A stretch of 64,000 bases of DNA from Octopus sinensis. Taxonomy: Eukaryota. Position 1 is the stretch's first letter, and each line of letters begins with the position of its first letter. Location of the stretch: assembly GCF_006345805.1 (NCBI RefSeq), contig NC_043003.1, positions 24,490,001 through 24,554,000 of the forward strand. Reading direction: 5' to 3'. The notes beneath the pieces are model-generated. The model made no database searches, was not told the origin of the DNA, and saw only the letters and a list, made by a program, of their open reading frames with translations. The translations under genes were made by a program, and so were the position numbers. Below, piece after piece: positions 1 to 13,100 of this stretch.

Positions 1-281
1 AAAAGTGGCTAGTATTGAACACAGATAAGCAGTTGACAACTGTTCAATGAAGACAGGCAAGATATTTATGCACTTGTGGTATTATGGAAATAAATTAGAA
101 AGGCAAAATCAATCTCAACAGAATTTGAACTACATCGATCCCAGTGTATACCTGGTACTTATTCTAACAAGAAGATCACAGCAACTGAAACACTGGCAGG
201 TGGCTATACAGGGGGAAATAGCTTTGTTAAGCTATACACAAAAATAACCAGTGACAAAACAGTAATAATGTATTATTTCTG

Positions 282-437
282 TTGTGCCTGGGGAGAGTCA
301 TTTTCTTTTTGTGCCATATAATTTAACACACACACTGGTAAAATTTCCACTTATTTCTTATTTTTATTTTCCTAAAATTTTCGTCGCATCTTGCAACCTT
401 TTCAATAGTTTTGACTCTCTATTTTTATTTTCCTAAA
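282..437 (-). mobile_element. Copy of the ggggagagtcatttt repeat family with hammerhead-like core
   Basis: Similar to 28612-28848; minus strand CTA-TTGAAAA-G-GTTGCA AGA TGCGAC-GAAA-ATTT-TAG. Confidence 0.6.
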
Positions 438-967
438 CCGAAATGTATTATTTGTTTTGCTTCATTCAGCTACAAACTGTGAGGGCAAATACCATCAGCT
501 GTCTCTTTTGCTGAACCACTAAGTTACAGAGATGTAAACAGACCAGCACTGGTTGTCAAACAGTGAAGGGGCACAAACAAAAACATACACATATAGATAA
601 ATATATATATATAAAATGGTATTTTTATATAAGCTTAAAGTTTATGGCAATCACCGTGCAATACATATTAAAAAACAAACATGAACCTTAATAGTTCTTA
701 CATTTGACAGGAAAAGGGAGGCTGATTCCCTGGTGTAAAGGTAACACACTTAGTCATGTTAACAAAGGAATGTTGGTTCAACTCCCAAGTGGATAGGAAA
801 GCCTTCTTTTTCCTGTCGAGGGCTTATATGCCCCTTTATTAGACTATTTTCCTTAGTCATTGCGTGGTGATCGCCATAAGCTTTAAGCTTATATAAAATA
901 CCATTATTATTATTTACAGGATTGTAAAAACAGCACCGTATAAAAAAAAAAACCATTCGCACCGAAA

Positions 968-1008
<41 letters not shown>

Positions 1009-1369
1009 ACAGGCTTCTTTCAGTTTCCATGTACCAAATCCAATCACAAGGCTTTGGTTGGCCCAAGGTTATAACAGAAGACACTTGCCCAAGGTACTAC
1101 ACAGTGGGACTGAACCCAGAACCATATGGTTGAGAAGCGAAAAAAAAACTTCTTTAACACAGTGCCCCAGTCTGGCTACAGTCTAATGACTGAAACAAGT
1201 AAACAATAAAAAAAGAACAACAATGACTATCATAAATAAAAAAAAGCTGAAAAAAAAACACTGCAAAACAAGAACTGCAAAGAGCAAAGATTAACAGACT
1301 TCAAAGAAGACAAAATTCTATGAATAACTCATCAGAGGAACAAAGACATATAAACAATGTTCCACTTAC

Positions 1370-1792
1370 AATCGGATTGTTTTCCATGTTTGGCTGAGAG
1401 ATGTCAAAGCCTGTTGAAGGAGATTGTGGAATGGGTGGTTTCACATCAGTAGTTGGTGGGCCTTGAAGAGGTGGGTGTACTACTGTTACAGGTAGAGCAG
1501 TAACATTAGTATCTGTGGTGGTAGTCGTGGTGGTGGTGGTGGTGGTGGTGGTGATGGTTGTGGTTGTGGTGTCTATGGTATTAGCTGTTCCTGCACTAAG
1601 AACTGGTGGAGTGGCACTGGGTCCCAGTGATGATGGTAATGACGTTGGCAGCAATGACGATGAAGATAATGATGATGCTGGTAGGGGTGGTGCTGCCACT
1701 GCTACTACTGCTGCTGCTGTTGTTGGTGGTGCTGGTGGTGGTTGTGTGACTGGTACCTCTATGCCTGGCAGTACAGGTTTCTTATCTTTGCC
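1370..1792 (-). CDS. TAF2: TAF2 exon 28, low-complexity P/T/S-rich ([10 protein letters not shown]..poly-Thr..MENNPI)
   Basis: Phase-0 continuation after exon 27; long pyrimidine tract then tag; donor GTAAGT; KDKKPVL resembles TAF2 KEKKAVL; 141 open codons. Confidence 0.78.
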
Positions 1793-4700
1793 CTAAGAAA
1801 GAAATAAAAAATAAATAAAAAACAGAAAAAGCAAAAAAAAAAAAACAAAAAACAGAGTAGATAAATAAATAAATAGTTCTTTGTAAGTGTGGCACAAGGC
1901 CAGCAACTTAGGAGAGAGGAGGTAAGTTGATTACACTGACCCCAGTATCTGACAGGTGGTTTAGTTTATTGACCTTGAAAGGATGAGAGGCAAAGTCAAC
2001 CTTCATGAAATTTGAACTCAGAACATAAGGAGCCAGAAGAAACGTCTCTAAGTATTTTGTCTGACATGCTAACAATGGTAAATAAATAAAATGTGGAGGC
2101 ACAATGGCCCAGTGGTTAGGGCAGCGGATTCGCGGTCGGAGGATCGCGGTTTCGATTCCCAGACCGGGCATTGTGTGTTTATTGAGCAAAAATACCTAAA
2201 AAGCTCCACAGGGCTCTGGCAGGGTGGTAGTGGTGACCCCTGTTGAATTCTTTCGCCACAATTTTCTCTCACTCTCTCTTCCTGTTTCTTGAGTAACGCT
2301 GCAATGGACTGGTGTCCTGTCCAGCTGGGGGTAACACATGCACCACAGAAACCGGGAAACCGGGCCCATGAGCCTAGCTAGGTTTGAAAAGGGCAGCATA
2401 TATCATTTTAAATAAATAAAGTTAATCTCTTAAGTGGCCAGGTGTTAGCAAGTGACGATGAGCAAACTAGCTCAAAATTGAGTTGGTCTCATGATCCCAT
2501 CATCTGCTGGAGAGTGATAGGGGTTCGCTCCCCTGCTTGCAATATATACTGGGTGCAGGCTATAAGATCACAGGTTCAATTCCTAGATCTTATAAGTGTG
2601 TGTGCATGAGTGTGTGTGTGTGCGTGTGCGTGTATGTGTGTGTGTGTTCATGTCTGCATGCATCTATGTATTGCAGAGACGCAGATTTATACTTACCTCA
2701 GGTGTGGGCAATTTAGTAGGGCGAGTGCGACCGTAAAGACAGTAATAGAGATCAGCAATACCACATCGGAGACGACTGTCATGTGGACAGCCAGTCCTGT
2801 AGAGAATTTGGTAAAAAAACAAGCAGTCATTCAAAAGTAACAAAGAGGATTTCATTGATCAAATTATGAAAATGACAATATCATAAACAAAGGTGAATTA
2901 CCTTCTAAATTTTACTATTTCTTTTGTAACACTTTGACTGTCCTGTGTATTACATGTGACACACAGGACATATTTCCCTGGGTCCCATGAATCATATATG
3001 ATATACATTCCCAATTTTTTTTCAACCACCAAAGGAACTTGAGACTTATGAAAGGGAAGCTGTATAATTACTCAGAATGTATCAAACAAGGGTTGACTAA
3101 GAGTTGGAAAACCAGTATGAACATTTTGGGCAAACTCACGAAAATGCTTTGGACAGGCCAAGGGTGAAATACAAGATTATAATCTGCTTAACCCTTTAGC
3201 ATTTAAACTGCCATATCTGGCCAAAACATTCAGCCTGTTTTATGTGCCAACTGACGAGATCTGGTTTCTCACACCAAGTAAAATATAATTATTAATATAT
3301 AGGTGCAGGAGTGGCTGTGTGGTAAGTAGCTTGCTTACCAACCACATGGTTTCTGGTTCAGTCCCACTGCATGGCACCTTGGGCAAATGTCTTCTACTAT
3401 AGCCTTGGGCCGACCAAAGCCTTGTGAGTGGATTTGGTAGACGGAAACTAAAAGAAGCCTGTCATATATATGTATATATATATATATGTATGTGTTGTAT
3501 ATGTTTGTGTGTCTGTGTTTGTCCCCGCAACATCGCTTGACAACTGATGCTGGTGTGTTTATGTCCCGTAACTTAGTGGTTTGGCAAAAGAGACTGATAG
3601 GATAAGTACTAGGCTTCCAAAGAATAAGTCCTGGGGTCGATTTGCTCAACTAAAGGCGGTACTCCAGCATGGCCACAGTCAAATGACTGAAACAAGTAAA
3701 AGAGAAAAAAAAAATATCTTACGTCATCAGTTTCCATAAACTATCTACGAGTTCTTCCGTATTCAATGGACTTGAGTCTCCTTTAAGAAACGGTGGCTTT
3801 TTAACAAGCATTTCCATTATTTTGTGCCTGCAATAGAAACAGTAAAATGTATCCGAGTCAATGACAAGAGTTTCTTCATGATTGCTCAACCAGACAGAAA
3901 TAGCAGGCACATTACCCTACCAATCATATAAAAGGAAGGACACAGTGACATTTACCTGACATATATATCGGGATCAGTTTGCATTAAGTTGATCAACCAA
4001 TTTAGTTTATCAGCATTGACATCAGCTGCAACAGAAGAAATATTGATAGTTTTTTTTAAATCTCAAACATTTAAAAAATTCTAAAATATCAACTTCATCA
4101 TCATCATTCACTCTTTTAAATCCAGGCTTTGTCCCCATTAACCGGAGTGGCCAGATCTACCTCAATGCCATAGAAACCGAGGTAGGCAGGTGCAGCCCAC
4201 CCCGACCTTTGGGCTGGCTGGCTGGTGCCCATTCCCCATTGCTATCATGAGGCTTTTTTGGAGCTGGATTTTCTATGGGGAGCATGCCCTTCCTTACTCC
4301 CAACCTCAGTTTCTAGACACAAGTGGTCCCGAGACCAAGGTTTCTACCATGATTTTTAAGAAATGTGGTGGAAAACTAGCTCAGGAGGGTAAGGACACTA
4401 CTCCCTGAAACCCCTTTCGGAGACCCTCACCAAATGATTTAACATTTGTAAAAAATATACTACTAAAAGCTTACTTATTCTTATTAAAACAAAACCACAG
4501 AATTTAAAGGAAGGTAAAATTTTATGATGTATATTTTAATTTTTTCTTTCTTATTTTTTCTCAGCGACATAAAAATGGAACAACTTCAATAAGTTATGAA
4601 GACTTCATTAGTTATGAAGTTGCTACTTCTTACTCTAACTAAATGTGGTAACTATTCAAAATTCAAAAGTGTATGTATGTGTGTGTGCATATATATATAT

Positions 4701-4870
4701 ATATATAGGCACAGGAGTGGCTGTGTGGTAAGTAGCTTGCTTACCAACTACATGGTTCCTGGTTCAGTCCCACTGCATGGCACCTTGGGCAAGTGTTTTC
4801 TACTATAGCCTCAGGCCAACCAAAGCCCTGTGAGTTCATTTGGTAGATGGAAACTGAAAGAAGCCTGTTG

Positions 4871-4923
<53 letters not shown>

Positions 4924-7900
4924 TTGTCCCCGCAACATCGTTTGACAACCAATGTTGGTGCATTTACATCCCTGTAACATAGTGATTCCGCAAAAAAGAC
5001 CAGCAGAATAAGTATTAGGCTTCCAAAGAATAAGCCCTGGGGCCAATTTGCTCAACTAAAGGCAATACTGCACAGTCAAATGACTGAAACAAGTAAAAGA
5101 ATAAAAGTATATATATACAAAAGGATGAAGAATCCAATATGACACTCACCACTAATATAGTCGACCAAAGCTTCAAAAGCTGCCAGTCGTATGTCTCTGT
5201 AAATGCCATATTTTGAATAACTCTCAAATATCTGTGGATCACTGGGGAGATGACCGTTTTTTTGCAGCACACGAATTGCACGAATACAGCTGCAACACAA
5301 AACAAGATGAGGAAAATGTCAAAACCGAATGCATGACATCAATAAAATAGTTACCATTGGTAAAAAGCAGAAGTGTACACTAGTGCGCATTGTGCTTTTA
5401 CTCAAAGTATGCCAGAGTATTTATATCGTAGTTATTATCAGAATACACCAGAGTGTTTTGTATTAGTATTAGAATACAGCAGAGTACATTTAATTATTAT
5501 TAGAGTACACTACAGTATGTTATGCTGTTATTAGAATACAACTAAGTATATAATTATCATCATCATCATCATCATTTAGTGTCTGCTTTCCATGCTAGCA
5601 TGGGTTAGACGGTTCAACTGGTGTCTGGGAAGCCAGAAGGCTGCCCCAGGCCCAGTCTGATCTGGCAATGTTTCTATGGCTGGATGCCCTTCCTAACGCC
5701 AATCACAATAAACAAATACATTCTGTTAGTATTGTTATCAAAATACAGTAGAGTACATTGTATTCATGTTGAGTACATCAGAGTACACTGTAGAAGCATT
5801 ATAGGACTGCAACAGTACATGTTATTACATTGTTATATTACAGTGCACCAAGGTACATTCATTTTCCTATGCTAACAAGGATTAGGTGAATATATATCAT
5901 TTCAAGCATTTACAGCTGAACGCCTTTCCTGTTACTAACTCTTGCTTGTTTTTTCAAGTAAGGGAAATCATTATTAATGGTGGTAGTAGTAGTAGTAATA
6001 GTAATAAAGTGGCGAACTGGCAGAATCGTTAGCACACCAGACAAAACATTTAGCGGAATTTTGTCTGTCTTTATACTCTGAGTTCAAACTCCGCCAACAT
6101 TGACTTTGCCTTTTATCCTCTTGAGGTCAATGAAATAAGTGCAAATTACACACACTGGGGTCAATGGAAATGACCGGCTTCCTCGCCCAAATTTCAGACC
6201 TTATGCCTACAGTAGAAAAGATCATTAAAGAAATACATTACAATGTTCTTGTTGCTGTTGCTGCTGCTGCTGCTGCTGCAGCAGCCGTTCAAGAATTTGG
6301 ACCTGAAGATCTCCATTTCCAGCAACTTCGAGGGCCACCTCCCAGTGGTGTCAGGCGTCAACGATGAGCCCTCGACTACAAAACAACCAAAATTTTTTTT
6401 TACCACAGTCTGGGGTATCCCGCCCCTCAGCCCTAGACCATCACCTTATCACCATTACCCGTTTTGTTGCTTAACAACAACAACAACAACAGCAGCAGTA
6501 GTAGTAGTATACATCAGTGTATCATCATCATCATCATCATCATTTAGTGTCCACTTTCCATGCTAGCATGGGTTGGATGGTTCAACTGGGGTCTGGGAAG
6601 CCAGAAGGCTGCACCAGGCCCAGTCTGATTTGGCAATGTTTCTATGGCTGGATGCCCTTCCTAACGCCAACCACTCCGTGCGTGTAGTGGGTGCCTTTTA
6701 CGTGCCACCGGCACAGGTGCCAGACGGGGCTGGCAAACGGCCACGGTCGGATGGTGCTTTTTACATGCCACCAGCACGGGGGCCAGGCGAGGCTGGCAAC
6801 AGCCACGATCGGATGGTGCTTTTTACGTGCCACTGGCACGAGTATTTGAATATGAGAGTACATTGTGTTATTATTTAGATTAATATTATTCAGACTGTTT
6901 CCTAACCTAACACTAACATGAAAATAAAATAAAAAGAGGAAAGTGTAAAGGGAGGCATCAGAGGAAGAAAACAAGTAGGAAGAGTGAGGTTGAGAGAAAG
7001 ACAAAAAACATTATGAGGAGAAGATGAAGAAGAGGAGAAGGAGAATAAATCTGAGGGTCAAGGTCAGATAGGAAACAAGTAAGTTTGTTTAATGAATAGC
7101 TAACCTGACTGCAACCGTGTGTCGATAGCAGGGCAGCAGTTTTTCGAGATTCATGAATCGTGTGATTTCTTCAAGTATTAGCTTTACGTCAGCTGACAGA
7201 CTGTCTAGATTAATTCCAGTGCTGGGGAAGCATCAAGGCAAAACAAATAAGAAAATTTAGTTTAGTTCGTTGCTCAGAAAATTAATCAATGAAATTAAAT
7301 CACATGTTTGGAAATCAAATTCAAAATGAAAATCACAACTCTTTGATCACAAGACAGACCCTCCCACTCTCTTTCTCTATATATGTATATATGTATGTAT
7401 GTCTGTGTGTGTGTGTGTGTATATGTGAGTGTGTATACACACATGTGCAAATATATACCATAAATCCTCAAGTATAATCCACATTTTTTTCCCAAAATTT
7501 AAAGGTCAAAATCCCTAGTGCATACTATATATGAGGTTAGAAATGAAAATTATTTTCTAAGCAATGTCCGAGTCTCGATTTGCTGTCTGACAATGTTTAT
7601 TTAGACGCATTTTGTGATGTTGGGTGCAAAAATACCTTAAGCTAAGCCTGAAAGCAATGAAGTCATAAAAGAATCATCCATAACTTGCAGTAAGCAACAT
7701 TTATTAAACGTTATTACTGTTATTTCTTTATTTTCTGCAAGCAAAATGCACAAAAAAGCTACACGTTTGCATTATGTTATATATACAATAATAATAAAGG
7801 ACGTTACCGTATACATTTTTACAAACCAGGGATGTTATATAGACCTCCTTGACTCAAGTTAGAGAAGGGGTGCATATTATACACAAGGTTTAGGTTTTTC

Positions 7901-10151
7901 AGAGGTACAGCCCCCTAAAAATCCCCTGCGTATTATACTCAAAGGAAGACTATACTCAAGGATTTACAATAAATATATACAATCGTGGTGTCGATTTTCT
8001 ACAGTTGGATATTTGGGTTGGTTATGGTCAGTTCAAATGCTAAAGGATTTAAGTGGCTATTATAAGTTGAGTGAAGGTTATCCTTACATATCAGCAAAGT
8101 AATGGGGAAACAAACAGACAGACACGTACTATAGTAGTAGGGGCTAGGGCACAAGTACTTACTTGAGAAGACTGACAGCAGCAACAGCTGGTGTTACAGT
8201 AGCAGCAAGTGCATCAATTAATGCAGCACGGTAGTAGTTGTCAGAATACTGCAGACATAAAATATATATATTTTTTAAATACATGCAGCTCACAAGATTT
8301 ACAAAATACAGAAAAAAAACAGGAGATATTTAAGAATAACAACAAACACTCTACAAACATGTTTACATCAGTCACCAGTAGTACAATCAATTATACAGCA
8401 ACCAGCATCATTGTCATCATATAACCTTCATTTTCTATGCTAGCATGGGTTGTTCAGACAAAGTTTCTACGGCTCAATGCCCTTCCTAACAGAGTGTACT
8501 CAGAGCTTTGTATGTGGCACCAGTACAAATGCTTTTTAGGATGAAAGGCAAAGTTGACCTTGGCGGAATTTGAACTTAGAATGTAATGGCAGACGAAATA
8601 CAGCTAAGCATTTTGCCCGGTGTGCTAACATTTCTGCCAGCTTGCCGCCTTTCAGTTTCTGTCAACCAAATACACTCACAAGGCTTTGGTTGGCCTGGGG
8701 CTATAGCAGAAGACATTTGCAAGGTGCCACACAGCAGGACTGATCACAAGTCCACGTGGTTGGGAAGCAAGTGTCTTAACCACACAGCAACACTTGCACC
8801 TAGCAAGCGTCCGAAATACACAGCCATCATTTTCACTTCACAAAAAAATGCACGAAAAATAAAATCACAAACCAATCACTAATAACATTTTCTTCTTTCG
8901 CTTTTTCTGTATACTTTCATATGACTCAGAAGTAATATTTACTTATTCAAGCAATCAACTTACCTTGTTTTTAGAATTATCGTTATATTTGAAGAGATCA
9001 AGAAGAAATTTCAGTACATCATTGGGGCATATATTGTGAATGTTACGTAAGCGAGCCATTGCACAGGGAATCGTCTGTAATGAAATTAAAAGCAGAAGCA
9101 TTCATAAAGGTAATTTGGTAAAAGCAGAACACCTCTCAATAACAAAAACAAAAGATTTTTTTGAAATTTTTAAGAATGGCCTAAATTATTTTTTAACAAT
9201 TTACTGCAGTACCCCACTGTCCAATAACTGAAACATTGGAAAGAAAATAAACAAGTAAAGGAATAATTTGATACAAGTAATGATTTCTATGAGCCAATAA
9301 AGGGATCAATATATGATCACTGAACTGACTAGAAATAGCAGCTAAAATCTCCCTCAACTCATACCCTATTGGGTATGAACCGAGGTAGATTTGAAACAGA
9401 AAAGTGTAATGGATATCACAATCTTAGCTATACTAGATTTGAAACAAATAAAAAAAAAACACAGATGGGAGAGTCATGGCAGGAATGTCTTTGATTATAG
9501 GTTTGCATAAGCAGTGCTCTCCTAGGGTTAAAGAACAACAATAATGATTTGTTGTACAACAAGGTAAAAATTTGGAAGAGCATAACATACATAGGCATGG
9601 TTGTGTGGTTAAGAAGTCTGCTTAACATCAATGCAGTTTTGAGTTCAATCCCATTAGAAAGCACCTTTGATATATGACCCCTACCATAGAAATAGACTGA
9701 CTAAAGTTTTATATAAGAAATTTGTCACTGAGAAACTGTGTAGAAAAGTCCACCAAAGTGACCATTTATGTGTGTTAGACATAAATTGTTACTTGGTTTA
9801 AGTACCACCACTTGGCCCCAGGGGGCCTTTAGAGCACCATTTATTCTTTTATTTGTTTCAGTCATTTTGACTGCAGCCATGCTAGAGCACCCTGAACCTT
9901 TTTTTGTTTTTTATGTATACTCTACTTCTTAACTAATTCACTATCCTAATTTCCACCCCTACTCCAAGCCTTTGAGTGGAGTCTGCAGTCCATGGGAGAC
10001 AGTCAGGCGGACCTGGCATCGACCACATTCAGATGGTGCTTTTAACATGCCACCGGCACAGGAGCCAGTCTGGGGGTACTGGCATCGGCCACATTCGGTT
10101 GGTGAGACTTTAGATTATCTACCAAGTGTCCTGTGCATCACATAAAACACA

Positions 10152-10186
<35 letters not shown>

Positions 10187-13100
10187 TTACTTCTTGTTTC
10201 ATGTTTTGAGTAATATAAAATGTTTTTTCATATGTTCCAAAATATTCTGGTGGTTGGAAAAACTGGGAATGTGTGTCCATGCATCATATATGATGCATAT
10301 ATGATGCATGGACACCAAGAGAATATGTCCAGGGTATCACATGATAAATACGATAGGCAAAGGGTTAAGGAAGAGCTAATGAGGGAGCCTCTATGCAGTT
10401 GCTCAACCTACTAGAAATAGCAACCAAATTTCCATCAAATCACCGTGTCTTAAGAAAGTAAAACATATTGGATAATGTTATCTTAGGTACACATAGCCAA
10501 GGGAAAAAAAGTAAATAAAAACCTAGATGATAGTCAAGGCTGTATCATCTGATTCTTTGATATGCTTGGTTGGGATTTTGCTTCAGGGGCTCAACAATAA
10601 CAATAACAACAATGATTCAAGGGAAAATACAAACTCTTTCTTACTTTGAGTAAAAAATATTGCTGAAAGTTAGAGAAGTTGTTCTGTCGAATGATCATTG
10701 GACACGAATAGGACCCAAACATCTTTCTGAAGATTGTCATCATGGCTGGAGGTCCGGCCCAGCTTGACACCATGGCATTAGCAACCTACAAATAAACATT
10801 GATTTCTCACATTAACAGAATAAATAGGAAAAGTGAGTCATGCATGATTCATGCCTGTCTTTGTCAAAGTAACTCAAAGGAACTAGCTACAACATAGAGC
10901 AATGGATTTTTCTTTTCTGACATCCTCTTTCATTTCCCTAAAGATTAGTCTAATATAAGTGATGTTAGGCAATCAATTTGTCATCCAGAGAACTGGAAGA
11001 TATACTGTAAAGCATTTCTGCCAACGTGCCAATGATTCTACCATTCTTCCACTTGCAGAGCAATGCGAAATGAAGTGTGAAGGCTAGTGGCCTATTCACA
11101 ATCGCTAGATTGTGGGTTCAACTTCCAATCCAGGTGGTACATTGTGTTTTTGAGCAAAGCCCTTCATAATATGTAGCAATCAAATATTTCAAAGCCAACA
11201 AGAGCATTTTGCTCTGTAGAATCAAAACCTGAACTATTTAGAAAAAATCTCAAGAACACCTTGAAAGTATATATGCCAGGCTTCTCACAACAGCTCAAAA
11301 CAACTCATGGCATGAGCACAAGACCAAAGAGGAGATTCACCGACACATTCCGATCATCTCCGTTATTGGTCAACACAAGGTATGCTTTGCTTGTCACTGC
11401 TATCTTACTGAACATTATTCTACATCAAATGCTACATAATGGAGACTTAGGCATCTAAATAGAGGACAAACACCACTGAAATACATTGATGTTATTAGCA
11501 GAGACACTGGGATGGAGAATCTTGGTGTGGCATGGTAAAACGCATATCAGTTATGACCACTTGAGGAAGAAGGGCATGAACATCACAACTTAATGCTAGT
11601 TATCTCCTGTTGATAGTTTGTAAAAATAATATTTTGTAATATTAAGCATGACTGGATCAAATATACAGTTACAAACTATTATATGGAATCTGTCTTCTCT
11701 ATAAACCAGTGGTTCTCAACAGGGGTCCATATAAGATTTTGGGGGGTCCACGCAACAAAATAGCAACTTGGGGATCCACAATAGTATTTTATGGGCTCCT
11801 GAAAAAGTTTTGCTTTAGAGGTATGTATTGATGTGTATTGCAAACAGCTAGATTACTTTCATTTTACATAGTTCAACCTGCACAATAACTTGTGGAAATC
11901 AAAATATGAATTTTGGAAGAAGTTTATATAAAACTAGTTTTTAAACTCAGAATGACAATAGGGGTCCACCAGAATAAAATACTTATCAAAGGAGTCCATA
12001 GATAAAAAATGTCTGAGAACCCCTTCTATAAACCTTCTTGCTTATTTCCAAATATTCGTTCATGTCTATTTAACCCTTTTGTTACCATATTTATTTTGAG
12101 ATGCTCTGTGTTTCTTTCAATTGCTTTAAATATAACAAAGAATTTAGCAAAATAATTTAGTTATCATTCAGCTAGTGTTAGGAACATAAATTGTGACTAA
12201 AGTTTGGTGGAAGATTTTAATTAAAAACTTATGAAAACAAGACATTTGTACTCAGAGCTAGAGCCGGTTTCAGCCGGGTTGGTAACGAAAGGGTTAAGGA
12301 AATATTAGCTATAGTGATTAATATAATAAAAGTCATTCACTTACTTTGGCGAGGCAGAAGCATGCTTCCATTCTAACCTTACAAAAACACTGTTCATTCT
12401 CAAGGGTATCAGTTAAAGCCATCCGTGTTGCAGGTGTTGAGTAGGCAACTAGAGCAGCGATAGCCTTAAAAGAGATGGTAAACAGTAGCAACATTAAAAT
12501 CATCATCATCATCATCATCATTTAGCATCCATTGTCTATGATGGCATGGATTGGACAGTTTGACTAGTGTTGGTAAGCTGAGGGCCTGCACCAGATTCCA
12601 ATCTGATTTAGCATGGTTTTCTACGACTGAATGCCCTTCCTAACGCCAACCACTCCAAGAGTGTAATAGGTGCTTTTATGTGCCACCAGCACAGGTGCCA
12701 GTTGCGTGACACCAGTATCTGCCACAATTACGATTTCACTTGGCTCGATGTGTCTCCCTTCTCAAGGGAAACTAATTTATACCAGAAACAATATATATAA
12801 CGGATATAATAAAAGTTGACAATTTTTTAATCTTATATTTATTTTGTAAACAAATAATACAATATTACATCAGCATTTTATAATATTACTTTCTTTTCTG
12901 GAAACTCACCGCATACTGGCAGCTGATGGCTCGCAGACCACCACTTTGAGTAGCAGTGCCATAGAGATAAGAAGGGGAAAAAAGAGCATAACATGTATGC
13001 CACAAAAGCATATATAAATATATATATATATATATGAACTTTAGATTAGTTAAAATATGTTTGTGACAAATCCACTGCAGTTACCATGCAGAAAAAATTC

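Noticed and set aside
1515-1796. Plus-strand poly-Val ORF
   Set aside because: Antisense shadow of the TAF2 poly-Thr exon
7222-8162. U12-like branch sequence GCCTTGAT 10 nt before the intron 22 acceptor
   Set aside because: The donor is canonical U2 GTAAGT, so there is not enough to call a minor intron
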